From positions 43,907 through 107,906 of the forward strand of contig CAZSKP010000002.1 in the NCBI GenBank assembly GCA_964607485.1: DNA of 64,000 nucleotides, given 5' to 3'. A program made the position numbers and the translations under genes. The notes under the pieces are model-generated. The model had not been told where the DNA came from, ran no database searches, and was given only the letters and a program-made list of their open reading frames with translations. Every line of letters starts with the position of its first letter. Position 1 is the first letter of the stretch. The DNA is from an uncultured bacterium. GTDB lineage: Bacteria; Abyssobacteria; SURF-5. Positions 28,561 to 38,900 of the stretch are shown here, in pieces.

Positions 28561-30024
28561 TTAGAAGCACAGCTTGCCCGGATTCATGATTCCATTGGGA
28601 TCGAAGATGTCTTTGAGCTTCTTCTGCATGATTACCGCCTGGGCCTCGCGGCCGTATGCGATTCGGGCCCATGAGCCGTAGGGGCGAGAGAAAAACGCGC
28701 CCATGCCGGCAAAGGTCTCGCCGCCTTCTTCAACAAATTGCTTCGCCTTATCCGCCTCTTGCCGGTCGCTGATGTCATAGCTCAAGCTGAACTCCAAGTG
28801 ACAGTTCGTTCCCTGCGTCGTCGGCTGAATATAGACGCCCAAATTTCCAGCCGAGAAACGGTATCTTCCAGCGAGCCTATATGCCGCATCGACAAACTCC
28901 GCGCACCGGTCAAGAGTCGTTATGAAGAAAATGTCGCTGCATCCTGCCCCACCTTTGAGCTTCCAGCCCGGGTCTGCGCAGGGTCGGGACAATGCCGCCG
29001 ATACATCTTCTGCGGTCGCCCCGGGAACGACGCTTTTCAATTCGAGTCCGCACGATTGAGCGACCTCAAGAGATTCCTCACGTTGATAGGCCACCTTCTC
29101 CTCGGGCAACAATCCCGCTCCATCAATGCCCAGCAGCAGAATCCACGCGGGCAGCTTCGCGCGCAGCGTTCCGATTTCCCCGCGGTCCTCTCCGAGGATC
29201 GAAGCCAGGTTGAAACCGCTCAGTATCAGCAGTTCTTCGCCCAGTCTCTTGTAACTAATCCTGTATGCCATTTCAATCAAGGGATCGACGTCGTCGGAGG
29301 GAACAAGGAACATCGACTTGATCTTAGGCAACGGCCTGCATCTGATGGTGGCCCATGTGACAATGCCCATGGTTCCCTGAGCGCCTTGAAGCAGCCTGGT
29401 GAAATCTACCTGCGACGGCCCCATTCCCCGTACCTGGGCGCGGCCGACCTCCCATTGTTCTTCTATCGAGCCCGGTCCGGCGGCCGACCCGGTCCGCATC
29501 AGGTCGCCGCAGCCGTACACCACTTCGACACACAGCAAGGGGTCCTGTGCTTCCCAGTGAAATCTGGGCGTGGTTATCGGAGTTCTCTCGAGAAAAGCCG
29601 TCACCACGGATTTCGAGCCGCGGGGAACGAGCGGCATCAGTGGCGCAAGCCCTTCCTTTTCCAATGCCGGAATCAGTTGGCCAAAAGTCACGCCGGGCTC
29701 AATCATGGCGACCCGGTTGCGCCTGTCGATGCGGATGACTCTTTTCATGCCGCCGAGGTCGACAATCACTGCCCCACCCGCGCCAGGCACCGTATCCCCA
29801 TAAGAATGGGGCGCGCCCGAACTCATTGGAACCAGCGGCGTGCGCGTTTCGTTCGCCCACCTGACTATGGCCTGCACTTCTTCGGCGTTCCCGGCCCTTA
29901 CGACCGACCGGGGCCTCACCCGGGGGGCAAAACTGAGGTCGCCGGAATGCTCTTTCAATATGTCTTTGTGTTCCAGCAGGTTTTCTGCGCCGACAATGCC
30001 CGCCAGGGCTTTGTTTTCAGACAT
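28561..30024 (-). CDS. FAD-binding oxidoreductase (GlcD/GlcE-like)
   Basis: EPGVTFGQL, GAQGTMGIVT, KDIFDPNGIMNPGKL. Confidence 0.87.
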   Translation of the reverse strand: MSENKALAGIVGAENLLEHKDILKEHSGDLSFAPRVRPRSVVRAGNAEEVQAIVRWANETRTPLVPMSSGAPHSYGDTVPGAGGAVIVDLGGMKRVIRIDRRNRVAMIEPGVTFGQLIPALEKEGLAPLMPLVPRGSKSVVTAFLERTPITTPRFHWEAQDPLLCVEVVYGCGDLMRTGSAAGPGSIEEQWEVGRAQVRGMGPSQVDFTRLLQGAQGTMGIVTWATIRCRPLPKIKSMFLVPSDDVDPLIEMAYRISYKRLGEELLILSGFNLASILGEDRGEIGTLRAKLPAWILLLGIDGAGLLPEEKVAYQREESLEVAQSCGLELKSVVPGATAEDVSAALSRPCADPGWKLKGGAGCSDIFFITTLDRCAEFVDAAYRLAGRYRFSAGNLGVYIQPTTQGTNCHLEFSLSYDISDRQEADKAKQFVEEGGETFAGMGAFFSRPYGSWARIAYGREAQAVIMQKKLKDIFDPNGIMNPGKLCF

Positions 30025-30073
30025 GAACAGTCACCTTTCTCTCATATCCATCATCCCACTCACTATACATTGT

Positions 30074-30089
30074 AAAACTCATGAGTTTT
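30074..30089. promoter_or_regulatory. perfect 16-bp palindrome, probable operator
   Basis: AAAACTCATGAGTTTT, downstream of a minus-strand TTGACA (30122-30117) that faces the oxidoreductase operon. Confidence 0.65.
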
Positions 30090-30217
30090 CAAATATATAT
30101 CACACGATGCGCGATTTGTCAAGAAGAAAATCAAGGAGCATGGCCTCGCCAATATCACAGCATCATATCTTAACTCTATTAATATAATGATAATAGGACG
30201 CCAAATGGATTTTTGTC

Positions 30218-30246
30218 TTGACAACGCTAACTCTTTTGGATACAAT
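30218..30246 (+). promoter_or_regulatory. sigma70 promoter for the MerR-TetR gene
   Basis: TTGACA-17 bp-TACAAT. Confidence 0.72.
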
Positions 30247-30308
30247 TTGGGCAAAGGCGCATGCAGCATACTGTATAGCAACTGCATGTCTATACTAAGG
30301 AGCATTAG

Positions 30309-31235
30309 ATGGTTCAAAGCATCGAAACCGGGCGGAACTGGATGCGGATAAAGGAACTGTCTGCAAGGGCCGGAGTCAGCCGGTACACCGTGCATCACTA
30401 CTTGAAGGCGGGGCTGCTTCCTCCGCCCTTGAAAACAGGCCGCACAATGTCCCTCTATAGCGAGGTGCACCTCGAATGTCTCAGGTTCATCCGCAAGCTG
30501 AGGGAAGAAGAGGGAATGCCGATAGCCGCCGTGCGCCAGGAGGTCAGGCTCCGCTTCGGCGATCATTGGAGAACCGCGGGGCAAGCAACATCGGGCCTCG
30601 ACGCAACCGATCGAAGCATCGGGCCAAGAGGAAGGCACCAGCGGCAGAGGATCGTCGAACGCGCCCTTGAGCTCTTTTCGGAAAGAGGGTATCACCGTAC
30701 ACACGTGAGCCACATCACCGATTCCCTGCGCATATCAAAAGCAACATTCTATCTTTACTTCGAAAACAAGCATGAACTTTTTGTCGCCGTTTTCGACTAT
30801 CTCATCCAAATCCTCACGCGCACCGAAGAGAAGATAGCCGATGAAACCGACGTGATCATACGCATGCGCGAACGAGCCCGCGCGTACTTCGCCTTCTACA
30901 AGAGATACCACAGAGTCTTCGACATCATCCGAGCGGAATCCATCGGGCATCAGGGTAAGCCCGAGCTGAGCATTCAGGCCATCTATCGAAAGATCATCGA
31001 CCCGGTGGCAAAAGATATTGAGAAAGCCCGGCAGGAAGGACTGGTGGCCGACGTTCCGGTGGATCCCGAACTCGCCAGCTACATGCTCGTGGGCTCCTTC
31101 GATTTCATATGCTATCGTCTCTTGATGGACGACAAGTACTCTCTTGACAAAATTCTGGACAATTTTGGGAAATCCCAACTGAGCTCGATGATTATCGGGC
31201 GGTCTGTTCAACCGGATTCCGGCAAGTCTGACTGA
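30309..31235 (+). CDS. MerR-HTH / TetR fusion regulator
   Basis: MRIKELSARAGVSRYTVHHYLKAGLL, then RQRIVERALELFSERGY...TFYLYFENKHEL. Confidence 0.88.
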   Translation: MVQSIETGRNWMRIKELSARAGVSRYTVHHYLKAGLLPPPLKTGRTMSLYSEVHLECLRFIRKLREEEGMPIAAVRQEVRLRFGDHWRTAGQATSGLDATDRSIGPRGRHQRQRIVERALELFSERGYHRTHVSHITDSLRISKATFYLYFENKHELFVAVFDYLIQILTRTEEKIADETDVIIRMRERARAYFAFYKRYHRVFDIIRAESIGHQGKPELSIQAIYRKIIDPVAKDIEKARQEGLVADVPVDPELASYMLVGSFDFICYRLLMDDKYSLDKILDNFGKSQLSSMIIGRSVQPDSGKSD

Positions 31236-31521
31236 GTTGGAGCGAAAGCGGGCATGCATACAGAGTCTTTTTCTGGTTTCGCAGGCCCATAAAGGTTAAC
31301 CCCTCCGCCCCCGCTCGACCGCTGACCATTCCTGATTCCAGAAATGTCTTGGAGCTCTGGGGCTATCAACAGGGAGTGCTTGCGGTTCCCTCGTCGTTTA
31401 TTTCGGGGATGGCTTGCATTTCGGCAAATAAACCGATATATTCAGCATGTCCCTCCTTTTCGATGTTCTCTTTGAAGATTAACCCCAGCGCGGCAAATTC
31501 GTGTGGTGAAGGAGAGTTGAG

Positions 31522-33606
31522 GTGGGATACAAGATAGGCATCGACGTTGGCGGCACGTTCACCGACCTGGTGTATACCGACGGGGCCGAATCAATCGGTG
31601 TCCTGAAGACGCCGACCACTCCGGAGAACCAAGCGATCGGCGTACTGTCGGGGCTCAGGAAAATCGCGTCCACCGAGGGGTTGGGGCTGGAGGAATTCCT
31701 GAAGCGCACCGAACTGATAGTGCATGGCACGACCGTCGCGACCAATACCATGCTGGAGTTTAACGGCGCCAGGACGGGACTCATCGCGACAAAAGGGTTC
31801 CGCGACGACATCGAAATAAGGCGCGGGTTCAAAGAGCGCATTTTCAATCCCCGCCATCCGGCGCCCACTCCGATTGCCCGCAGGAGGCACAGGCTCACGG
31901 TAAACGAGCGCATAGACCGCGAGGGAAAGGTGTTGGTTCCGCTCGATGAAGCCGAAGTCGCGCAGGCGGTGCGAAAGCTCAAACAGGCGGATGTGGAGTC
32001 GATAGCCGTGTGCCTTTTTTTCGGGTTCCTGAATCCCGCCCACGAGAAAAAGATCGCCGAGATAATCAGGCGCGAACATCCCGACGCGTTCATCTCTCTT
32101 TCCCACGAGGTGCTTCCGCAGATTCGGGAATTCGAGCGAGTCAGCACGACACTCGTCAACGCATACACCATGCCCAAACTCAAGCGATACCTCGAGAGCC
32201 TCGAAGACGAACTCGCGGCTTCCGGCTTCCGGAGCGACTTTTTCGTCATGCTGTCGAACGGGGGTATCATGAACGCGGCGTATGCGGGCGACTATTCCGT
32301 TTTCAGCCTGCTTTCCGGCCCGGCGGGCGGCGTGGTCGCCTGCGCCCAGTTGATCGGCGAACTCTGCGGCGAGCCGAATCTGATAACGATCGACATGGGA
32401 GGCACAAGCTACGACGTCTCACTCATCAAAGAGAGAAAGCCGACCGTGACGACCGACTATTGGGTGAGCCGCTATCGCGTGGCGGTCCCGATGCTCGACA
32501 TTCACACTATCGGCGCCGGCGGGGGGAGCATCGCATGGGTTGACGCGGGCGGCGCGCTGCAAGTGGGCCCGCGAAGCGCAGGGGCCGACCCCGGTCCCGC
32601 CTGTTACGGCAGAGGCGGAACCGAGCCGACCGTCACCGACGCAAACTTGCTGCTCGGTTTTCTCGATCCCGAAAACTTCCTCGGCGGCGAGATGAAACTC
32701 GACGTGGAAGCGGCTAAGAGAGCCGTCGACGAGAAGGTCGCCCGGCCGCTCGGCCTCGACTCCGTTCACGCCGCCGGCGGAATATTCAGGATAGTCAATA
32801 ACAATATGTCCAACGGAATACGAGTGGTCTCGGTTCAGCGAGGATATGATCCCCGCGACTTCGTGCTCGTCGCCTTCGGCGGAAACGGTGCGCTTCACGC
32901 AGGGATGCAGGCTCGCGAGCTGGGCATCAGAAAAGTCATCGTCCCGAGGATAGCCACCGCCTTCTCCGCCCGGGGCCTGCTCAATTCGGACATCGTCATC
33001 AGCAAGATGTGCACGTACATCGGACGCTCGGACGACTACGACCTCGAAAGAATAAATGCGCTGCTCGCGCGCATGCGGGGAGAAGCCGAGAAGGACCTGC
33101 CGCTTTCGAGCCGGGAGAATTCGGGGCTCATGACGCAGGTGCTGAACAGCTATCAGATGGACATGCACTATAAGGGCGAGACCCATGAGATAACCGTGCC
33201 CCTGCCTGCCGCCGACGACACGGTGAGCGACGCAGACATAGCTGGGGCGGTACAGGCCTTTCATTCGGCGCACGAGAGCCTGCACACTTTTTCGAATCCC
33301 GGTGATCCCGTCCATTTCATGAACCTTAGGCTCGACAAAATCGTTCGCATGAAAAAGCCGCCGACGCCCAAGCTCGCGTTCTCGGGCGAGGACCCGTCGA
33401 AGGCGCTCCGGAGCACGCGCGGCGTGTGCTTTGATGATGAGAGCGGTTTCATCGACGTGCCCATCTATGACGGCTCGCTTATCGGCTGCGGAAACATTCT
33501 GCGCGGGCCATGCGTGATAGAGGAGCCGGCCACGACCATCGTGGTGTATCCCGGGCAGACCGCCCGCCTGACGGAACTGGACAATTACGAGATGACGACC
33601 GGATAG
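31522..33606 (+). CDS. hydantoinase A/oxoprolinase/acetone-carboxylase-family ATP-binding subunit
   Basis: GIDVGGTFTD, HGTTVATN, SGPAGG, DMGGTS, GAGGGSIA, PGPACYG. Confidence 0.95.
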   Translation: MGYKIGIDVGGTFTDLVYTDGAESIGVLKTPTTPENQAIGVLSGLRKIASTEGLGLEEFLKRTELIVHGTTVATNTMLEFNGARTGLIATKGFRDDIEIRRGFKERIFNPRHPAPTPIARRRHRLTVNERIDREGKVLVPLDEAEVAQAVRKLKQADVESIAVCLFFGFLNPAHEKKIAEIIRREHPDAFISLSHEVLPQIREFERVSTTLVNAYTMPKLKRYLESLEDELAASGFRSDFFVMLSNGGIMNAAYAGDYSVFSLLSGPAGGVVACAQLIGELCGEPNLITIDMGGTSYDVSLIKERKPTVTTDYWVSRYRVAVPMLDIHTIGAGGGSIAWVDAGGALQVGPRSAGADPGPACYGRGGTEPTVTDANLLLGFLDPENFLGGEMKLDVEAAKRAVDEKVARPLGLDSVHAAGGIFRIVNNNMSNGIRVVSVQRGYDPRDFVLVAFGGNGALHAGMQARELGIRKVIVPRIATAFSARGLLNSDIVISKMCTYIGRSDDYDLERINALLARMRGEAEKDLPLSSRENSGLMTQVLNSYQMDMHYKGETHEITVPLPAADDTVSDADIAGAVQAFHSAHESLHTFSNPGDPVHFMNLRLDKIVRMKKPPTPKLAFSGEDPSKALRSTRGVCFDDESGFIDVPIYDGSLIGCGNILRGPCVIEEPATTIVVYPGQTARLTELDNYEMTTG

Positions 33607-33657
33607 TTTGTTGGCAATACATCGCCCCCCGACGGGGCGAGCCTGGAGGAATCGAGA

Positions 33658-35832
33658 ATGAAGGAAGTGGATCCAATCACCGCCGAGGTCATCCGGTGCG
33701 GTCTTGTGACAATCGCAAACGAGATGGGCAACACAATGATTCGCACCGCGACGACGCCGACGTTCAGCGAGTCACACGATTTCTCGACCGCGATATTCGA
33801 CGGCGGCGGCAGGATCATCGCGCTGGCCGATGCGCTTCCGATTCACATGGGGGCGTCGAAGTTCTCTGTCATGGCCTCACTCGATGCCTTTGGCGATGAC
33901 ATACACACGGGAGACCTGATCGTCGTCAACGACCCATACCACGGCGGCTCGCATCTGCCCGACTGGACGATGATGACCCCCATCTTTTTCGATGGGCGGC
34001 TCATGTTCTTTCCCGTAACACGCGCACATCAGGGCGACACCGGAGGGACGATACCGGGCGGATACAATCCCGGCGCGACCGACATATGGCAGGAGGGCCT
34101 GCGGCTGCCTCCCATCAAAATATATGACAAGGGAAAACCCCGAGACGACATTATCAAGTTGCTCCAGATAAACAACCGCGAGCCCACGTTCCTGGGCGAC
34201 CTGAAGGCGATGATGGGGTCGGTGCGCGTGGCTGAACGGCGGCTGCTGGAAATGCTGAAGAAATACGGCGCGCAAACGGTGCAGGACAGTCTCGACTACA
34301 TCATAAACTACACGGAGCGCAGATTCAGGGCGGAAATCAGCGAATGGCCGGACGGCGAGTACAAGGGCGAGGCTTACCTCGAACATGATTGCCAGGGTGT
34401 TCAGGACATCACCATACGAGCGACGGTGACCGTCGCGGGAGACTCGCTCAAGATTGATTTCAACGGAACCGACCCGCAGACGCCCGGCTTCATCAACAGC
34501 TCCGTTCCCAACTCGTATTCCTACATATTCCTGACGTTGTCGAGCATGATAGACGATTCCATCCCGCGCAACGAGGGGCTGTTCAATCCCGTCGAAATTA
34601 TTCTGCCCGAAGGCGCCGTGGTGAACCCGCGTCCGCCCGCCCCGTGTACGGCCTGCACGCTGCATGCGGGCGGCGAGGTCGGCGAGGCCGTGGCCTTCGC
34701 GCTGGAGAAGGCGATCCCGAAGATGGCGTACGTGCAGAACATCAAGCTGGGAATGCCGCTTGTGACTTATGGCACGAACCCATACACCGGTGAGTTCTAC
34801 GTGGACCAGAACGTCAACATGGCCGCCGGCTGGTGCAATGGCGCTTACGGAGTTGACGGGTGGGGCGCAATGGCTCCGTTTTTTGGAGCCATGACGATGG
34901 CGACCGGCGAGCTGCACGACATGTATTTCCCCGTCCAGACATTGGAGCGCGAGTACGCTACCGATTCGGGCGGCCCGGGCAAGTGGCGGGGCGGGTTGGG
35001 CGTCGATTTGAGAATGAAAGCGCTCGCGCCGATGTTCATGCATACGTACCTGATAGGCACGAAATATCCAATGCGCGGATTCAACGGCGGAATGGACGGC
35101 TCCCCGAACTCAATCGTGCTCAGGGAGGGAACTCCCGACGAGTTGGTTGTCGAGCAGACGGCCTTCGAGGAACCCATTTCATCGGGCCATATCGCCAGCG
35201 CGCGCCTGGGCGGCGGCGGCGGCTGGGGCGATCCGCTCGAACGCGACCCGGCGGCCGTGCTCGAAGACGTGCTGGACGAATACGTCTCGCTCGAAGGGGC
35301 GCGCAGGGATTACGGCGTGGTGATAGATGAAAGGGAGATGATAATCGACGCGGAGAGCACGAAGGTCCTGCGCGAACAGATAGCCAAAGAGCGAGAGGCA
35401 AAGCGCAAGGAAAAAGCGCGCGCGGTCAAGCATCTGTCCCCCGAATGGCAGGAGCTGTGCGAAAACGCGCTAAACGAGGACGAAGAATTCGCGAAGCTGG
35501 CGGGCGATCTTACGGTCAAGCTGAACAACATCATCGAGAATTGTCCCGACGGGAAGACGCGATTCTTATACTGGCGCTTCGAAAAAGGCAAACTGCGTGA
35601 GACCGTTGTCGGTCTGCTGGAAGACCTCGGCGACCGGCAGCCTTTCTTCACCACCGTCGCATCCTACGACACATTTATGAAGATAAACACCGCCAAGAAG
35701 AGTATTGATGCAGCCGTGATGGAGGGATTAATTCGTTTCGAGGGCGACCTCGTTCAGATGATGCAGCACGCCGACGCGCTGAATCGCTTCACAGAAGTGC
35801 GACGCCGCATTCCGACCGAGTATGACGGATGA
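33658..35832 (+). CDS. hydantoinase B/oxoprolinase-family subunit with C-terminal SCP2-like lipid-binding domain
   Basis: NDPYHGGSHLPD, AHQGDTGG, SGGPGKWRGG, GGGGWGDPLERD. An extra ~135 aa tail has the SCP2 pattern (A.M.G.I.FEGDL..MM). Confidence 0.9.
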   Translation: MKEVDPITAEVIRCGLVTIANEMGNTMIRTATTPTFSESHDFSTAIFDGGGRIIALADALPIHMGASKFSVMASLDAFGDDIHTGDLIVVNDPYHGGSHLPDWTMMTPIFFDGRLMFFPVTRAHQGDTGGTIPGGYNPGATDIWQEGLRLPPIKIYDKGKPRDDIIKLLQINNREPTFLGDLKAMMGSVRVAERRLLEMLKKYGAQTVQDSLDYIINYTERRFRAEISEWPDGEYKGEAYLEHDCQGVQDITIRATVTVAGDSLKIDFNGTDPQTPGFINSSVPNSYSYIFLTLSSMIDDSIPRNEGLFNPVEIILPEGAVVNPRPPAPCTACTLHAGGEVGEAVAFALEKAIPKMAYVQNIKLGMPLVTYGTNPYTGEFYVDQNVNMAAGWCNGAYGVDGWGAMAPFFGAMTMATGELHDMYFPVQTLEREYATDSGGPGKWRGGLGVDLRMKALAPMFMHTYLIGTKYPMRGFNGGMDGSPNSIVLREGTPDELVVEQTAFEEPISSGHIASARLGGGGGWGDPLERDPAAVLEDVLDEYVSLEGARRDYGVVIDEREMIIDAESTKVLREQIAKEREAKRKEKARAVKHLSPEWQELCENALNEDEEFAKLAGDLTVKLNNIIENCPDGKTRFLYWRFEKGKLRETVVGLLEDLGDRQPFFTTVASYDTFMKINTAKKSIDAAVMEGLIRFEGDLVQMMQHADALNRFTEVRRRIPTEYDG

Positions 35833-35836
35833 CCGA

Positions 35837-35914
35837 TCATCGACCTGCCACGCCCATCCCGCCCTCACCGAGTTTTTCGAGGATTTTGTAGTGGAATATG
35901 GTCTTGCCGATCAT
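35837..35914 (-). pseudogene. orphan kinase N-terminus remnant at the distal end of the array
   Basis: MIGKTIFHYKILEKLGEGGMGVAGR*, starting in ATGA overlap with the stop of 35911..38988. Confidence 0.85.
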
Positions 35915-38900
35915 TGTTCCAGGTTCATCTTCTTGAGCAATGATATGTATCTGGCGTCGTTCGAGAGATTGTCAAAAACGGGACTTGTCTTGAGAAATTG
36001 GGAGAGCCCGATGTCGCGTTCCTCATATGCTTCTTCCAGCCATCGAAAACCTTCATCATCTTTTCCAAGCTGAAAGTAGAGATTCGCCAGCATGTGGGCT
36101 GGGACATACTCTTGCATTGATCGCTCCTGAAAAACATCTAAAGCCTTCTGTGCTTCTTCCTTTCTGCCGAGCATCGCGTTGACGGACCCCATTTGTATTT
36201 CCAGTGCCAGATTTGAACGTTTTGACAGTCTTCTTTCTTCTTCGAATTCTGCCATTGCCTTCTCCAACAGGCCCTCCCCCAGATAGGCATATCCGAGCAA
36301 AACGTGGACAAAGCTGAGGCTCGGGTTGAGTTCGATGGTATTGTGAAAAGCTTCAATGGCGCGGTTATATTGTCGTGCGACCAAAAAGGATGTTCCATAG
36401 CATCTATTGATTATATGCGAGAGGGGGTCAATCTCTCTGGCCCGGTTCATCTCTTTGATGCCTTCTTCAAAGCGCGCCAGAGCGGTCAAATAGTGTCCGT
36501 AGAAGTGATGAGCCTCCGCATAGTTTGGATTCAACCTTATGGACTTTTGGAGATCCTTCTCGGCTCCCTCCCAATCCCAATCGTACGCAGCCTTGACCGC
36601 CCCGAGAGACGCATAAGCTTCAGCCAGCTTTTCGTTGATCTCCAGCGCGCGAAGGGCTGCTTGCCTTGCTTTAGGAAAAGCCTCCCTTGGAGGCAAAAAA
36701 CTGTAAGTCCCAAGAACCAAGTAGGAATCTGCAATCCCGACATGTGCGAGCGCATACTGGGGGTTTACTTCTATTGCTTGCTCAAAACATGCGATTGCTT
36801 TATGCAGGTCTTCATCGGTCTGCTTGTTCCAGAAATAGCGTCCCTTTAGATACAAATTGTAGGCCTCTAAATCGACGGTCTGGCGCTGGGCAAGTTTTGC
36901 CTTTTCTTCTCCCAAGAGCTTCGGTTTGAGCCTTTCAACAATCGCCCCTGAGATCTCGTCCTGAATGGCGAATATGTCCTCCATTTCACGGTCATATTTC
37001 TCCGACCAGAGGTGTTCACCTCGAACCGTATTGACGAGCTGAGCCGTTATTCGCAGCCTGTTTCCTGCTTTTTGAATGCTTCCCTCCAATACAGTTCCGA
37101 CACCAAGCTTCCTTCCGATTTCGCGGATATCAAGGTTCTGACCTTTAAACGAAAATGCGGAGGTACGGGCGATGACTTTCAAGTCGCGGAGCTGCGTCAG
37201 TTCATTGATGAGCGATTCGGAGATGCCGTCGCAGAAGTATTCTTGATCGCTCCCAGGACTCATGTCCACGAAGGGAAGAACCGCGATTGAAGGTGCGATC
37301 TTCTCTTCCACAACGATCTGCGGCGTTGCACCTGCCCTGATCGCTTTCAAATCGGAGAGCACTGCTTCCATATTCTCATACCGGACCTGAGGCTGCTTCT
37401 GCATCATCTTCTTGACTGCCTGTGCCAGCGCTTCCGGCACCTCACGTCTAATGCTTGTTATGGGCTTAGGCTCCTCATGCACAATCTTGTAGATAAGTCC
37501 TGCATCGGTCGGTGCAGCGAAGGGTTGCCTGCCGGTGAGCATCTCATAGAGGACCACGCCTAATGACCAAATGTCGGTGCGATGGTCAATTGCGGATTCC
37601 CCGTGAGCTTGCTCAGGAGACATATATGCCACCGTCCCCATGATAGTGGCCGTTTTTGTAAGCCGAGTTTGCCCGGCCAGCTTTGCAAGGCCGAAATCCA
37701 TGATGCGTGCATGGCCTCTTCTCGTCACCATGATGTTGGCGGTCTTGATATCACGATGAATTATTCCTTTCTCATGTGCCTCCTGAAGCCCCTCTGCCAT
37801 TTGGATTGCCAGGTCAACTGCCTCACCTACATCGACCGGACCCAATTCGATGAGTTCAGTCAAGTTGTTTCCATCAATGTATTCCATCGCAATGAACGCT
37901 TGGCCTTCCGTTTCATCAATTTCATGGATAGTGCAGATATTGGGATGAGCCAGCGACGCCGCTGCCTGGGCCTCACGAAGGAATCTTTGTTGCCACTCGT
38001 CGGATCGAGTCAGTTCTGGCGGTAAGAATTTAAGAGCGACTTGTCTTTTGAGCTTCGTATCCTCGGCCTTATACACCACCCCCATCCCGCCCTCGCCGAG
38101 CTTTTCGAGAATCTTGTAATGTGATATGGTCTTACCGATCAAGCTCGGGCTTAACGTCGACACTGGCTTTGAAGCACTCGCCTCGCGCCCTTCAAGAAAC
38201 TGCTTCACACTTTCCAGGTATGAAATATCACCTGCATAAGGACCGGCCATATCACCTTCCAATTCAATGAAGCGCGCATCTTGTATCAGAGTAGCCAGTC
38301 TCCTGCCCGCCGAGACGGGTACGCTGCGGTCATACCGTCTATGCAGGATAAGCGTGGGCGCTTTCACTTGGGGAAGGTACGCTCTTATATTGGTGAAAAT
38401 GAAGGATTCCCAGTACCTTGCAGCAATCTCCGGCAATACCGACTCGCGCAGCTGACGGGCGAACCAGCGCTGTAGCTCTATCGGTCCGCTTGGAAAAGAG
38501 AAATCCGCTATCGCTCGTGGTGCGAGAGACCAGTGCTTTCGACTGAGCTCTGCTATGCCATGAATATGCTCGCTGGAGCCTAGCTCCTCTCCGTGTGAAT
38601 ATGGTGCCCAGAGCACAAGCCGCGAAATTCGTTCCGGGTGCTGGGCTGCAAATGCCATGGAGACTACCGTCCCATCGTGAGCGCCAATCAAATCAAAATG
38701 CTCGATCTGAAGGTCAGCGGCAACGGCACGAAGGTCGGCAACATGGGCTTCCAGCGAAATATCACCAATCCCATGCTGGGACAAACCAACTCCACGACGG
38801 TCCATCTGCACAAAGAGGTGTTCCTGGGCCAAGCTTTGGCCGAAGTTGCGGAGTTGGGGATGTTTCCATTCGTGTTCGAGATTACCGCACCACGTAGGGA

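Noticed and set aside
28738-30075. Long antisense or alternate-frame ORFs (e.g. 28738..30075, 22441..23715, 11798..12991, 56549..57781)
   Set aside because: Shadow ORFs of well-supported genes in GC-rich DNA, with no motifs of their own.
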